The position numbers and the translations under genes were made by a program. 64,000 bases of DNA from an uncultured Acidobacteriota bacterium. Lineage in GTDB: Bacteria > Acidobacteriota > Terriglobia > UBA7540. This document shows, piece after piece, positions 50,675-61,469 of this stretch (position 1 is its first letter; each line of letters begins with the position of its first letter). Where the stretch lies: positions 384,001 to 448,000 of the forward strand of contig CAWDSK010000005.1 in the NCBI GenBank assembly GCA_963804995.1. Direction: 5' to 3'. The notes below the pieces were generated by a model. It saw nothing but the letters and a program-made list of their open reading frames with translations, made no database searches and was not told the DNA's origin.

Positions 50675-51703
50675 TCAGGCCACAACCCTTACGTGTTCCT
50701 GAAGCTTCTGCTTCTCATCCTCGTCCAGGAACGAAGCTCGCACGGCATTCAAACATAGTTTCGAAACTGTCTCGCGATTGAACCCAAAGCAGCGGGCGGA
50801 TTTGAGGAACTCCTCCTCGAGGCTTGTGCCGAACATGGCAGGATCATCGGAATTGAGCGTCACTACGAGCCCCGCTTCCAAAAACTTAGGCAGAGGATGA
50901 TCTTCAAACCGGGGGATCAGGCCCGTGGCCACGTTACTGGTCGGGCAGACTTCCAGAGGAATTCGCCGCTCGCGTAACAAGGCCATCACCTGGGGATCGC
51001 GGATGGCGGTGAGACCGTGGCCGATTCGTTCCACGCCGAGCAATTCAACGGTGTTGCGAATGCTCTCAGGCCCGCAAGCCTCACCGGCATGAGCCACGCC
51101 ATGCAGTCCCTGGTCGCGGGCTTCTCGAAAGATGTCGGGAAAGAGTTCTGCCGGCCCGCGTTCCTCATCGCCGCCGATTCCGAAAGCCACCACGCCCCGC
51201 GACCGGTAATGCCCCGCCCAGCGCAGCACCTCGCGCACGTGGTCAAGCCCGAAGTGCCGGACGGCATCAAAGATCCACCTCACCCGCACACCGGTGCGCG
51301 GCTCGGCTTCTTCGGCAGCCGCGGCCACGGCCTCGAAAACCGCTTCCACCGATTGCTTCTTCCACAACACGACTCCGGCGGAGAATATGATCTCAGCATA
51401 CTTTACGTTCTGTTCCGCTAGCCACTCCAGGAGCCGTGTTGTTGCCAGGGCATAGTCCGCGGGCTTCTCCAAAAGCAGAGTCACAATTCCAAACGCCAAC
51501 AAGAACTGGCGAAAGCTTCCGTAGCGGAAGTGCTGCGCGCGCCGCTCGCCGACCCACTCGCCTACTTTCCGGCGCAGACCGCTCTTGTTCTGTGAAAGCT
51601 CGAGCAGGGTTTCAGGTCGAATGGCGCCTTCCAGATGCAGGTGCAATTCAACCTTGGGCAGCCGCACGATAAAAGACTGAAGCGATGGTCCCAATTCCGG
51701 CAT
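50675..51703 (-). CDS. add: Adenosine/adenine deaminase
   Basis: LPKVELHLHLEG, GIGGDE, HAGE, ERIGHG, EVCPTSN, NSDDPAMF. Confidence 0.92.
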   Translation of the reverse strand: MPELGPSLQSFIVRLPKVELHLHLEGAIRPETLLELSQNKSGLRRKVGEWVGERRAQHFRYGSFRQFLLAFGIVTLLLEKPADYALATTRLLEWLAEQNVKYAEIIFSAGVVLWKKQSVEAVFEAVAAAAEEAEPRTGVRVRWIFDAVRHFGLDHVREVLRWAGHYRSRGVVAFGIGGDEERGPAELFPDIFREARDQGLHGVAHAGEACGPESIRNTVELLGVERIGHGLTAIRDPQVMALLRERRIPLEVCPTSNVATGLIPRFEDHPLPKFLEAGLVVTLNSDDPAMFGTSLEEEFLKSARCFGFNRETVSKLCLNAVRASFLDEDEKQKLQEHVRVVA

Positions 51704-51801
51704 AGGGATTATTTCATTTTGGAGTTTGGATTTGCGATTTGGATTGAAGTAGGAGAGCGTGCCCGCGTTGGTCCACAATCGAAAATCCAAAGTCTAAAGG
51801 A

Positions 51802-52641
51802 TCATCGCGCGGGGAGTTGTGGCCGTCCGGCGTTCAGCCACGAACTGTACCAATAGGAACCCGCGTCACGCGCTGCCGCATTGATCTCCCGCACCAGGGT
51901 TGGTCCTACCTGGCTATAAAACCGGTCGTAGTACTCGTCCGTGTAATCCGGCAAGCCCTCGCGCGCACGCAAATCCGACCAACTAATCAAATTAACCCAG
52001 ATGTTGGCCTCCAGGCAGTTTTGAAAAGCAAACTCCGTTGGGTCTTCAATCCTGGCGGCGTCATCCGGGCGCATGATGAAGAACTTCGAGTACTGGTCCG
52101 GGAGGCGGATTTCAAACCGGTCCGCGAGACCCGTCTGCAGCGTCATCTGCCCGTCAAAATTCTGCGTGGTGTGCAACGGATCGTGAGCGTCCGCCACGTA
52201 ATGGGCCAGCGCTGCGGCATCCAGTTTCACTTCGTCCCAGTTTCCAGCCTTCATCGCCTTGGTCAGCCGCAAACTGAATTCACCGATTTGCCACGGCAGC
52301 ACACCATCCCGATTGACGCGCCCAGCGCTGAACTGCTCCGTGGCGCGCTGAAATACGTGCGGGAGCAAGGGGTAGGGAAAACCCCCGTACTTATCCAGAT
52401 AGATGTAATGCCGCTTGCGCTCGTAGCGATCATTCTTGATCCACTCGTCGGGGTCGTTCGCGTGCTTGACCAGAAGATCCTGGTTGCGGGCAAAAAAGGA
52501 ACGGATTTCCGGGGGGAGAGTTTGGATGGCCCAGGTGTTGACGATATCATGCGCAGTCGGACCCCAACCCAGCACGGGACCTGTGCAGGTCAGCCACAGC
52601 GCCAGCGTCGCGAATAACAATGGGAACGCCCTAGATACCAT
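51802..52641 (-). CDS. Secreted S1/P1 nuclease / Zn-phospholipase C family protein
   Basis: Signal peptide then WGPTAH, NDPD, HYIYLD, GVLPW, HYVADAHDPLH. Confidence 0.8.
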   Translation of the reverse strand: MVSRAFPLLFATLALWLTCTGPVLGWGPTAHDIVNTWAIQTLPPEIRSFFARNQDLLVKHANDPDEWIKNDRYERKRHYIYLDKYGGFPYPLLPHVFQRATEQFSAGRVNRDGVLPWQIGEFSLRLTKAMKAGNWDEVKLDAAALAHYVADAHDPLHTTQNFDGQMTLQTGLADRFEIRLPDQYSKFFIMRPDDAARIEDPTEFAFQNCLEANIWVNLISWSDLRAREGLPDYTDEYYDRFYSQVGPTLVREINAAARDAGSYWYSSWLNAGRPQLPAR

Positions 52642-52849
52642 GAGCGCTTTGGGGGGCACAAGAAAAACCATCCACCCTCGAGGACCTCATCGGCAGAGGT
52701 CCCCCAGGGTTCAATTGACCCCACCCGATTCTATCGCATTTCCCCACGCCTGTCGTTACCAACTCCCAGTTCACTGACCACCTGATTTACCACGGGCTCA
52801 TTCCGCCGGAGAGTTTTCGCCCCCGCCCCCACCAGTTGTCACCCGCCAT

Positions 52850-54397
52850 TCACCTCGCAGGATTCACGTTCGCCGATGCGATTTCTGCCGCGGCAAGTGC
52901 CTTCGCTGCCGGGCCGAACTCCGAGTGGTGGCGGCTGTACAGTATGTAGATGACTAGGCCCACCACCAACCACACCAAGAATCGCAACCAGGTCTCGAGC
53001 GGCAGGCTGGCCATCAGGATCACGCACGAGAGGATCGATAGTATGGGGATGACCGGCACCCACGGCGTCCGAAACGCGCGACGGCGCTCCGGTTGCGTTC
53101 GGCGCAGTATCAGCACCCCGAGCGACACCAGCAGGAAGGCAAACAGCGTGCCGATGTTGGAAAGATCCGCCAACGTTCCGATATCAAAGATACCGGCCGG
53201 GATGGCCACGAAGAATCCTGCCACCCAGGTGCTGACATGCGGCGTGCGAAAGCGCCGGTGCACTTTCGAGAAGACCTTCGGCAGCAGGCCATCACGCGAC
53301 ATGGCAAACCAGACGCGCGCCTGGCCCAGTTGAAAAACCAACAGGGAGCTGACCATCCCCGTTAGGGCGCCGACCGTGACCCACTTCATGACATTCGGCA
53401 GACCGATCGCCACCAAGGCATTCGCCACCGGCGCAGCGTTGCGCAGCGACTCCCAATGCTGAATTCCCGTCAGCACCAGCGCCACGGTCACATAGAGTGC
53501 AGCGCAGATGATCAGGGAGGCGATAATGCCGAAGGGCACGTCTTTCTGTGGATTCTGGCATTCCTCCGCCGCCGTGGATACGGAATCGAACCCGATGTAG
53601 CTGAAAAAAACAATCGCCCCGCCGGTCAGCACCCCTTGCCAGCCGTTGGGCATGAAGGGTTTCCAGTTTGAAACGTGGATAAAACGTGAGGCGGCGAAGA
53701 TGAAAACCAGAATGGCCAAAACCTTAATGCCCACCATCAGGTTGTTGGCGTTGGCACTCTCGCGAATGCCAATCACCAGGATCACCGTGAGGATCATCAC
53801 GATGAGGAAACCCGGCAGGTTGAAATAGGCGCCGGTGTATTTGCCCTGAACGAAAAGCGGCTCCATGATCTGCCGCGGTAACTCGATGCCGAAGCCGCGC
53901 AGCAGGCTGTCCACGTACGCTGAGAACCCGACCGCGACGGCCATGTTGCTGACCGCGTACTCCAGGATCAGGTCCCAGCCGATAATCCAGGCCACGATCT
54001 CACCCAGCGTGGCGTAAGAATACGTGTACGCGCTGCCCGCGATGGGAATCATGGAGGCGAGTTCGGCGTAGCACAACCCCGCCAGCGCGCAGGAGATCGC
54101 CACCAGCAGGAATGACAAGGCAATCCCCGGCCCTGCTCCCGGCCGCCCGGCGGTCCCGAGCGCCTTGGCGCCGTGAAGCAGCACATCCATCAACGGCGCC
54201 TTCAGGATCGAATGCACCTCCAGCACCTCGCCCGCCGCGGCGGTGCCGGTGAGAATGAAGATACCCGTCCCGATGATGCCGCCGATTCCCAGAGCGGTCA
54301 GCGACCACGGCCCCAGCGACTTGCGAAGCTGGTGCCCCGGGGAGGACGCATCGGCAATGAGCTTATCAATGCTCTTCTTCTGGAAGAGTTGGCTCAC
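52850..54397 (-). CDS. Amino acid permease (APC family)
   Basis: GIGGIIGTGIF, LCYAELASMIP.AGSAYTY, IGWDLILEY, YIGFD, MSRDGLLP; AAGGAG RBS. Confidence 0.95.
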   Translation of the reverse strand: MSQLFQKKSIDKLIADASSPGHQLRKSLGPWSLTALGIGGIIGTGIFILTGTAAAGEVLEVHSILKAPLMDVLLHGAKALGTAGRPGAGPGIALSFLLVAISCALAGLCYAELASMIPIAGSAYTYSYATLGEIVAWIIGWDLILEYAVSNMAVAVGFSAYVDSLLRGFGIELPRQIMEPLFVQGKYTGAYFNLPGFLIVMILTVILVIGIRESANANNLMVGIKVLAILVFIFAASRFIHVSNWKPFMPNGWQGVLTGGAIVFFSYIGFDSVSTAAEECQNPQKDVPFGIIASLIICAALYVTVALVLTGIQHWESLRNAAPVANALVAIGLPNVMKWVTVGALTGMVSSLLVFQLGQARVWFAMSRDGLLPKVFSKVHRRFRTPHVSTWVAGFFVAIPAGIFDIGTLADLSNIGTLFAFLLVSLGVLILRRTQPERRRAFRTPWVPVIPILSILSCVILMASLPLETWLRFLVWLVVGLVIYILYSRHHSEFGPAAKALAAAEIASANVNPAR

Positions 54398-54484
54398 CAA
54401 GGGACTCCTTTGGATAGGCGGGGAGGCGAGCAAATGGAGTCTTTCCCATCTGCCGATCTGCCTACCTGCCCACTGCCCGCGCTT

Positions 54485-54643
54485 CTACTTCCGCCGTGGC
54501 GCCACGCCCGGGCCCTTCTTCTTGACTTTGGGCTTACGAGAGCCGCGAGGCTCCGTCCGCTTTGGTTTGGGCGCCTGCTTCTTTCGTGCCGCGCGTTTCA
54601 GTTTCTTGCGTGCTTCTTTGTCTTTCGTGTTTTTTGTATTCAT
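54485..54643 (-). CDS. Small highly basic protein (52 aa)
   Basis: MNTKNTKDKEARKKLKRAARKK...; 24 of 52 residues are K/R; GAGG RBS just after the uvrD stop. Confidence 0.65.
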   Translation of the reverse strand: MNTKNTKDKEARKKLKRAARKKQAPKPKRTEPRGSRKPKVKKKGPGVAPRRK

Positions 54644-54669
54644 ATCCTCGGAGTCCAGTGAATTTTGAT

Positions 54670-56899
54670 TTAAACTTTTTCGAGTGCCGCGTAACGCTCC
54701 ACAAGCTTCTTCCGCCCGTAACCAGGGAAACTGATAGTCACCTTGGTGTCGTCGCCGTCTTCCTCGCAATCGAGCACCGTGCCGATCCCATACTTCGCAT
54801 GGCGCACTTTGCTGCCGAGCTTCCACCGCTTTGGGTGCTGCGGACTGTCTTGACGATTAAATCCCGCCTGCCCGCCTGCCAAGCGCTTACGCTCGCGCAG
54901 AAATTGCTCGGCCGAGGCGACTGAGTTTACGGCATTTTCCCACGTGGTGCGAGCCTTTACGGCGTTGCCGCCCAAAACTTCCAGGAGTTCGACCGGCACT
55001 TCGTCCAGGAAGCGCGAGCGCCGGCTGCTCTCGAAGGAATCGCGGCCATAGGAGCGCCGTTGACGCGCCCAGGAAAGGACCAGCCGGTCGCGCGCCCGCG
55101 TCATGCCGACGTAACAAAGTCGCCGCTCCTCTTCAATGCCCGCGTCATCGTTGAGGGAGAGCTTGTGGGGGAACAAACCCTCTTCCATCCCCACCAGATA
55201 CACCATATTGAATTCCAGCCCCTTGGCGCTGTGCAGGGTCATCAGAGTAACACGCGCGCGCTCGTCGTAACCATCCGCATCAGAAACCAGCGCCGCATGG
55301 TCCAGAAATTCCGCGAGCGTGATGCCTTGTTCCTCGGCGGTCGCGGCGGCGTTCACGAGTTCCTGAAGATTTTCAATGCGGTCCTGCGATGCCGGCAGAT
55401 TTTCCAGCTTCAGCGTCTCGATATAACCGGTCCGGTCGAGGATACTTTTGAACAGTTCGCCCATCAGCAAGCGCTCGTGGTCGGCAATCAAATTCTTCAT
55501 CAGGCTGCGGAAACCTTCCAGCGCCTTGAGCGCCCGCGCCGGCAGTTGCCGCTCCGCGAGCTCCTGCTCCAGCGCTTCCCACAGGCTCAGCTTCTGGCGG
55601 CGGGCCGTGGCTTCAATCGCGTGGAGAGTGGTATCTCCGATGCCTCGTGCCGGAGTGTTGACGACGCGCAGGAAGGCCGCGGTATCCCGCGGGTTGCTGG
55701 CCAGGCGCGCGTAGGCGAGCACGTCGCTGATTTCGGCGCGCTCGTAAAAACTGAATCCGCCCACCAGGCGGTAGCTGATCCCGTTGCGGCGCATAGCTTC
55801 TTCCAACACCCGCGACTGCGCGTTGGTGCGGTAGAGAACTGCCAGGCTCGCGTCAGCATCCTGGCGCGAGGCGGCGCACGATCTCCCCGGCCACGAACAG
55901 CGCTTCCTGCTCGTTGTCCCAGGCGTCGTAGAGGCCGATGCTGTCGCCACCCGCGCGGTCTGTCCACAGCTTCTTCCCTTTGCGCGCCAGGTTGCGACTG
56001 ACCACCGCCGTGGCCGCATCCAGAATCTTTTGCGTGGAGCGATAGTTCTGCTCCAGGCGAATGATTTTGGCGGCGGGATAATCCTTCTCGAAACTCAGAA
56101 TGTTCTGAATATCCGCGCCGCGCCAGCGATAGATCGACTGGTCCTCATCGCCCACCACGCACAGGTTCTGATGCAGCAGGGTAAGCTGGCGAATCAGTTG
56201 GTATTGGGTGCGGTTGGTGTCCTGGTACTCATCCACCAGGACGTAACGAAAACGCTGGCTGTATGCCTCACACACCTCGGGAGCCTTGTAGAACAGTTCC
56301 ACGGTTTTCAGCAATAGATCGTCGAAGTCCAGCGCGTTCGCTTGCCGCAGTTTCCCTTCGTAGCGGTCAAAGAGTGTCGAGACTTTCTCCAGCGCGCCGT
56401 CCGGGGCCTGCCGGTACATTTCCTGCGGCGTCAGGCCGCGATTTTTGGCGTAACTGACTTGTGAAAGAATGCCGCGCGGCGAAGTGATCTGCTCCGCGAG
56501 GCCCAGTTCCTGGATGCAGATCTTCATCAAGCGCTGCTGGTCATCGTCGTCGTAAATCGTAAAATCGCGGCTGTAGCCGAGGTGGTCGATGTGGCGGCGC
56601 AGCACGCTGACGCAGAAGGAATGGAAGGTGGAAACATGCGGCGCGCCGGGGCGCAACTCCACGCGGCCGCCCAGAAGTTTGGCCACGCGTTCCTTCATCT
56701 GGTCCGCCGCTTTGTTGGTGAAAGTGACGGCCAGGAGATTCTCCGGCGGAACGCCCTTGGCTTCAATCAGGAATGCCATGCGGTAGGTGATGACGCGCGT
56801 CTTGCCGCTGCCGGCGCCGGCCAGGATGAGCAACGGCCCTTCGCTTTGCTCGACGGCGGCACGCTGCTGAATATTAAGCTGATCAAGCAGATTCGACAT
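54670..56899 (-). CDS. uvrD: UvrD/PcrA SF1 helicase, split by a +1 frameshift near 55863
   Basis: AGAGSGKT, VDEYQDTN, GDEDQSIY, LEQNYRST, then AVLYRTNAQSR, TLHSAKGLEF, EERRLCYVGMTRA, C-terminal Tudor domain. Confidence 0.92.
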
Positions 56900-57018
56900 G
56901 CAGGTCCCTGAGGAAGGACGCTTCTCCCGCGGGCGAAGTTGATGGTTGAGCCCGAGAATTCATTGTACACGATGCGCAGGCTCTCCTCCAAAAGTTTGGG
57001 CAGGCGGGTAGGTGAACC

Positions 57019-57153
57019 TTTGGAGTGCGGCAGCTCGCTGCCGCTTTTCTCACCGCGAGCTTGCTCGCGGCAATCTTCACTTCGGGCCTTATCCGGGGGT
57101 ACGGCCAGCAAGCTGGCCTGAGGGAAAGCGGCAGCTCGCTGCCGCACTCCAAA
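57019..57153. repeat. GGAGTGCG-type REP pair
   Basis: TTTGGAGTGCGGCAGCTCGCTGCCGCTTT...AAAGCGGCAGCTCGCTGCCGCACTCCAAA. Confidence 0.8.
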
Positions 57154-57173
57154 GCGCCTGTGGCGCAGGCCAC

Positions 57174-60029
57174 TCAACGGTCGTCATCATCCCGCATTTC
57201 GCGGCGAATAGTGGCGGGGTCGTCGAGCGGCGCGCCCGGCCGAGCGTTCAGCTCCAAGCCCGGTTCGCGCACCTTGGCGGGATCGAAGATGCGCACGTCG
57301 CTCGGCACGGCATCGTAAGGTGTCATGTCCGGCTCCGCGGCAAAGAAATCTGAGAGGTCGGTTGCGGCCGCATCGTACTGATTGAGGAAGGGCAGGCCCA
57401 AAATCAAATCAAAGGTTTTAAGGATGCTGGCGATGCTGGTGTGCGTGTGCGAAACATGGCCGCGCGCCGCATAGGGGCTGATGACCATCAGCACGCTGCG
57501 ATGCGCGTCCACATGGTCGTGCCCCCCCTGCGCGTCATCTTCCGTCACGAAAATCGCCATGTCTTTCCAGAACGGGCTGTGCGAGAACAGTTCCACCAGT
57601 TTGCCCAGCGCCAGGTCGTTGTCCGCAACGTAGGAGGCGTGATAAGCGAAGCCGTCCTCAGGCCGCGGTTGGGCCGTGTGATCGTTCGGTAGCCAAATGT
57701 AGATGAATTGCGGCAGCGGCTCCTTCCCGCTGGCATAGCGGATTTGGAACTCGCGCTCGAACTGTCCAAACCGGTACTGATCGGAGATATTGGTGTTGAA
57801 CGTGGCGTAACTGCGTGAGGTGTTCTCAAACAACACTTCCGGCATAGGCATGTTGACGCTTTCGCGAATCCCGGTGGGCATCATGCCGGGTTCCTCATCG
57901 TCGCCCGCCATCTCCATGCCTTCGCCGTAATTGCGAAAGCTGACCTGATGCCTCGCCAAGTGCTCCCACAACGAACCGGCTTCGAGGTAGGACTCGGGCC
58001 AGACAGTGGAAGCCCCCAGGCTGAACCGGCCGGGCGCGTCGGGATCGGCGCGAAAATCAAGTTTGCTACCGTAAGCCGCCGGCCATCCCGTCTCCACCAC
58101 TTCGTTGGGATAGTTCCCCACCAGCCAGTGGTGCCCGTCGACGGAAACGTCGGAATCCACATAGAAGTTGTCACTGACGCCGAACCGCCGCGCCAGGGCG
58201 TGATGATTGGGTGATACATGGGCGCCGTCGATTGTCGGCTCACCCTTGTCCTTTACTTGCGCGTTCTCACCCCAACGGGCAAGCGCTGGGTCGCCGGTAA
58301 AATCCGCACCCGGCGGATAGAGGTCGCCAAAGACTTCGTCGAAGGTGCGGTTCTCCTTCACGATAAAAACCAGGTGCTTGATTTTTGTGCTCGCCGTGCC
58401 CGCAGCAGGTATGGGCGAGGTCGCGCTGGGCGTGGAGGGAGCACCACCGCCGAATCCGTTGTTATTTACAACGCGCACCGTGTCCTGACTCAAGTGCTGC
58501 TTGTCGACTGCCAGCGTGTTGGTTTCGTTTTGCTTCGGAGCATGGGAGTTGAGGCGGGCCGAAAGGCGGAGGATCGAAACCTCCCCTTTCATTATTTCCC
58601 CAATGTAAGTCCCCTCCGGCCCCTCGTGGAAATCCGGGCCTCCGTTCGGTCCTGAGCCGAAGCCTTTGGCGTTGGCCACGTAAAGAAACTTGTTATCGCG
58701 GCTGACGACCACGCGCGCCGGGAACCATGCCGTGGGGGCGTATCCCAACACTTGGCCTTTGTGCGCGTCCAATACCGCAATGGCGTTGATGCCGGCGCAC
58801 GCCACGTATAGCAACTTTTCATCGGGGCTGAGAGCCATGCCGAACGGCAGCACTCCCCGCAAGCCTTTGACGGATTCCGCCGGCTCCAGCACCACGGTTC
58901 TCTTCACTTGGCTCGTGCGCGCATCAAGGATGGTGATGCTATCCTGGGTGGCGTTTGAGACGAACACTTCCTTCCTGCCCGCTACCACGGCCCCGGGACT
59001 CGATCCACCGACGGCTTGCTTGCCCACCGGAATGCCGGTCCGGACTTTCGCCAGCACGCTCGGTTTAGCCGGGTCACGAATATCGATTACGAAGACTGAA
59101 TTCGATTCGGGAACGTTGGGATCGCCGAGGCCGGGTATGGGTTTTCCCTGTACCGTCACGCCCTCGGCGGCGGCGGACGAAGGGAATCCGAAGGGAGGAA
59201 AATCCAAGCCCGTGCGCTTGGCATCGCTGGGATTGTAGCCGGGGACAAGCGAGTATTGAAACATGCCGACGTTCGAAACGTAAGCGCGCGTTCCATCCGG
59301 TGAAAGCTCCAGCCCGAACGGTTTGCGCCCCACGGGAGTGCTCGACAGAATCTGCTTTGACGCCGTATCCAGAATGACCATCCGGAAATGCGCGAGGTCG
59401 AGCACTAGCAGGCGGCGGCCGTCCGGAGTGAGTTCGAGCGAGGCCGTCAGGCTGTTTTTGTATGTCACATCGCGATATACGCCGTCGATGCTCAGGGAAT
59501 CAAGCCGCTGGTGCGTGGCGAGATCGAAGACTCCGATTTTCCCGTTGTTGCCTTCGGAAACATAGAGAGTGTGATTGTCAGGAGCGATGGCCGCGCCCAG
59601 AAACACACTTTCGGGATCGGCGTCCGAGCCGCCTACGCCGGGCGGAATCTGCGCCACCTGCGGCTGCTCGCTGGCGAGGTCGGTTAGGATGGAGATGGAA
59701 AAGGGCTTTGTGCCGCTGTTCACCGTGACCAGGGTCTTGCCGTCGGGGCTGAGCGCCAGGCCGTAAGGGTGCGGCGCAACTTTGACTTGCACGCCCAGCG
59801 GGGTGATCAGCCTGCCATTGGGCAAAACGGTTTCTCCGCGGGGATCAATCCGGGTGGGCTTATTTCCGGCGGGCGCTTCGAGGCCGGTATTTGAAACCGG
59901 CTTAAGATCCTGCGCCGCCGCGAGACCCGCCCCGCCGATCAAGGTTGAAACCGCGATGAAAACTGGCAAGTGCCACCGTGCTCGCATTGCGCTGACCCCC
60001 GACGTGAATTTCCGACTGCCGCGCATCAT
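57174..60029 (-). CDS. YVTN/YncE beta-propeller + phosphoesterase (alkaline-phosphatase-like) protein
   Basis: LPNGRLITPLG, propeller repeats, IVKENRTFDEVFGD, SVDGH, LPNDHT, TEDDAQGG.DHVDAHRS. Confidence 0.9.
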   Translation of the reverse strand: MMRGSRKFTSGVSAMRARWHLPVFIAVSTLIGGAGLAAAQDLKPVSNTGLEAPAGNKPTRIDPRGETVLPNGRLITPLGVQVKVAPHPYGLALSPDGKTLVTVNSGTKPFSISILTDLASEQPQVAQIPPGVGGSDADPESVFLGAAIAPDNHTLYVSEGNNGKIGVFDLATHQRLDSLSIDGVYRDVTYKNSLTASLELTPDGRRLLVLDLAHFRMVILDTASKQILSSTPVGRKPFGLELSPDGTRAYVSNVGMFQYSLVPGYNPSDAKRTGLDFPPFGFPSSAAAEGVTVQGKPIPGLGDPNVPESNSVFVIDIRDPAKPSVLAKVRTGIPVGKQAVGGSSPGAVVAGRKEVFVSNATQDSITILDARTSQVKRTVVLEPAESVKGLRGVLPFGMALSPDEKLLYVACAGINAIAVLDAHKGQVLGYAPTAWFPARVVVSRDNKFLYVANAKGFGSGPNGGPDFHEGPEGTYIGEIMKGEVSILRLSARLNSHAPKQNETNTLAVDKQHLSQDTVRVVNNNGFGGGAPSTPSATSPIPAAGTASTKIKHLVFIVKENRTFDEVFGDLYPPGADFTGDPALARWGENAQVKDKGEPTIDGAHVSPNHHALARRFGVSDNFYVDSDVSVDGHHWLVGNYPNEVVETGWPAAYGSKLDFRADPDAPGRFSLGASTVWPESYLEAGSLWEHLARHQVSFRNYGEGMEMAGDDEEPGMMPTGIRESVNMPMPEVLFENTSRSYATFNTNISDQYRFGQFEREFQIRYASGKEPLPQFIYIWLPNDHTAQPRPEDGFAYHASYVADNDLALGKLVELFSHSPFWKDMAIFVTEDDAQGGHDHVDAHRSVLMVISPYAARGHVSHTHTSIASILKTFDLILGLPFLNQYDAAATDLSDFFAAEPDMTPYDAVPSDVRIFDPAKVREPGLELNARPGAPLDDPATIRREMRDDDDR

Positions 60030-60064
60030 AACACCACTCGATTACAGATTTGTGAATCATAGGG

Positions 60065-60301
60065 AGTGACGCATTTTGTGGTGCCACGGCCGACCTGCCC
60101 CGATCCATCGGGGTCTTGGCCGTGACCGGACACGGGCGGGAGAAGCTGTGAAAAAATCCCATCAAACCTTTCACCGCGGAGACGCGGAGGCGCAGAGGTT
60201 TGAAAACAAAGGGTCATTTCTCTGCGTCTCAGCGACTCAGCGGTGAAAATGGTATTTTTTTCACACCTTCGGACGCCCGTGGCACTTCAAAATGAGTCAC
60301 T
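60065..60301. mobile_element. Nested element: outer MITE > REP pair > inner MITE (60142-60270, GGA duplication)
   Basis: Outer IR AGTGACGCATTTTG / CAAAATGAGTCACT; inner IR GAAGCTGTGAAAAAA / TTTTTTCACACCTTC inside CACGGGCG-GGA-CGCCCGTG. Confidence 0.8.
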
Positions 60302-60474
60302 ACCGAGGTGATCGAGTCACGCCCGTTTTCTCTCCGGCATGGTACGCTTAGGTTGGCGGACGGGCAGCCTCATTAGGGGCGGTAAGTTGACGAACCCTCT
60401 GGCCCATATCTTTAAGACAATCTACGCGCCCTCCGCGAAGAGCTGATGTAGTATAGGTGCAGGGTGGAGGATTT

Positions 60475-60705
60475 ATGGTATATCGAGATCGTATCGAGAT
60501 CGACCCAAAGGTTTGCAGTGGAAAACCCGTAATCCGTGGCACCCGAATTCTCGTTACCTCCATTCTCAGCCAGCTTTCCGCGGGCGAGTCCTGCCAAGCG
60601 ATCCGCAAAGGGTATCCCGAATTGACCGATGAGGACATCCGCGCCGCCCTCGAATTCGCGAAGGAATCCGTCGAGGCTACAGAAATCGCTGCCCTGCGGG
60701 ACTGA
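60475..60705 (+). CDS. DUF433 antitoxin-like protein
   Basis: IEIDPKVCSGKPVIRGTRI...YPELTDEDIRAALEFA. Confidence 0.92.
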   Translation: MVYRDRIEIDPKVCSGKPVIRGTRILVTSILSQLSAGESCQAIRKGYPELTDEDIRAALEFAKESVEATEIAALRD

Positions 60706-61064
60706 TGCATCGCCTTCTAATCGATCAAAACGTTCGAATTGAAGTTGCGGAGGCCTTGCGCGCAGATGGCCACGAGGTAGTGCGCGCGAGCGAGACGAAC
60801 CTTGCTCGCCGGGATGACCCAACGCTGTTCCGCTGGGCGAGCGAAAGAGGCCTGACGATTGTTACATTTGATGTAGACTTCGCCGAGCACGCTTACTGGG
60901 ACCGCGAGCCACATGCCGGTGTCGTGCGCCTGCGCCTCACACCTCAGACGCCGGAGCATGTAGTAAAGGTACTTCAAGCGTTTTTGAACTCCTACTCCTC
61001 CATCGATCTAAGGAATGCCTTGGTAATCCTCACCGAAAGAAAAGTTCGGATTCGCCGGTGGTAG
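60705..61064 (+). CDS. DUF5615 PIN-like toxin
   Basis: LLIDQNV, LRADGHEV, RDDPTLF, VTFDVDF, HAGVVRLR; coupled to the DUF433 gene. Confidence 0.88.
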   Translation: MHRLLIDQNVRIEVAEALRADGHEVVRASETNLARRDDPTLFRWASERGLTIVTFDVDFAEHAYWDREPHAGVVRLRLTPQTPEHVVKVLQAFLNSYSSIDLRNALVILTERKVRIRRW

Positions 61065-61119
61065 CGCGGACCCGCTCCGGTTCATCCCCTCTTGACGACC
61101 AAAAACTCGGCCGCCACCG

Positions 61120-61375
61120 GGGCGCGGGCGACCTGCCCCGATGCATCGGGGTCCTGCCCGTGCCAATCCATGGCCAAGATGGCCATTCCACACCTTTTGG
61201 TTGCGGTCCCGCCGCCCTGCAATGCAATACCGTAAATCCTTGTTTTTTTAGCAGGAATATTGTGCTACTTCCCGAAAGTGACCCCTCACCCGTCCCGCGC
61301 CGGCTGGTGAAAACGCCGGCCGCGGTCCACCCTCTCCCCTCGGGAGAGGGCTATGATTCTTGTTTGGTTGCGGCC
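61120..61375 (-). repeat. Tandem modular repeats (head-core-tail unit plus a second head with REP cargo)
   Basis: Heads at 61363-61375 and 61196-61208; tail 61217-61265; REP with CCCCGATGCATCGGGG in its loop at about 61125-61165. Confidence 0.75.
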
Positions 61376-61469
61376 CTGCCGCGCTGCGCTACCCCGCTCT
61401 TCCTTCTCCGTGGCAATCAACCCGTCCGCATGATAGCATGATGGCATGAATAGGGAGGCAAGCGACACC

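Noticed and set aside
55853..55870. Programmed frameshift or true pseudogene in uvrD
   Set aside because: No slippery sequence, both halves intact, and the same +1 pattern occurs at four other sites; an assembly error is more likely
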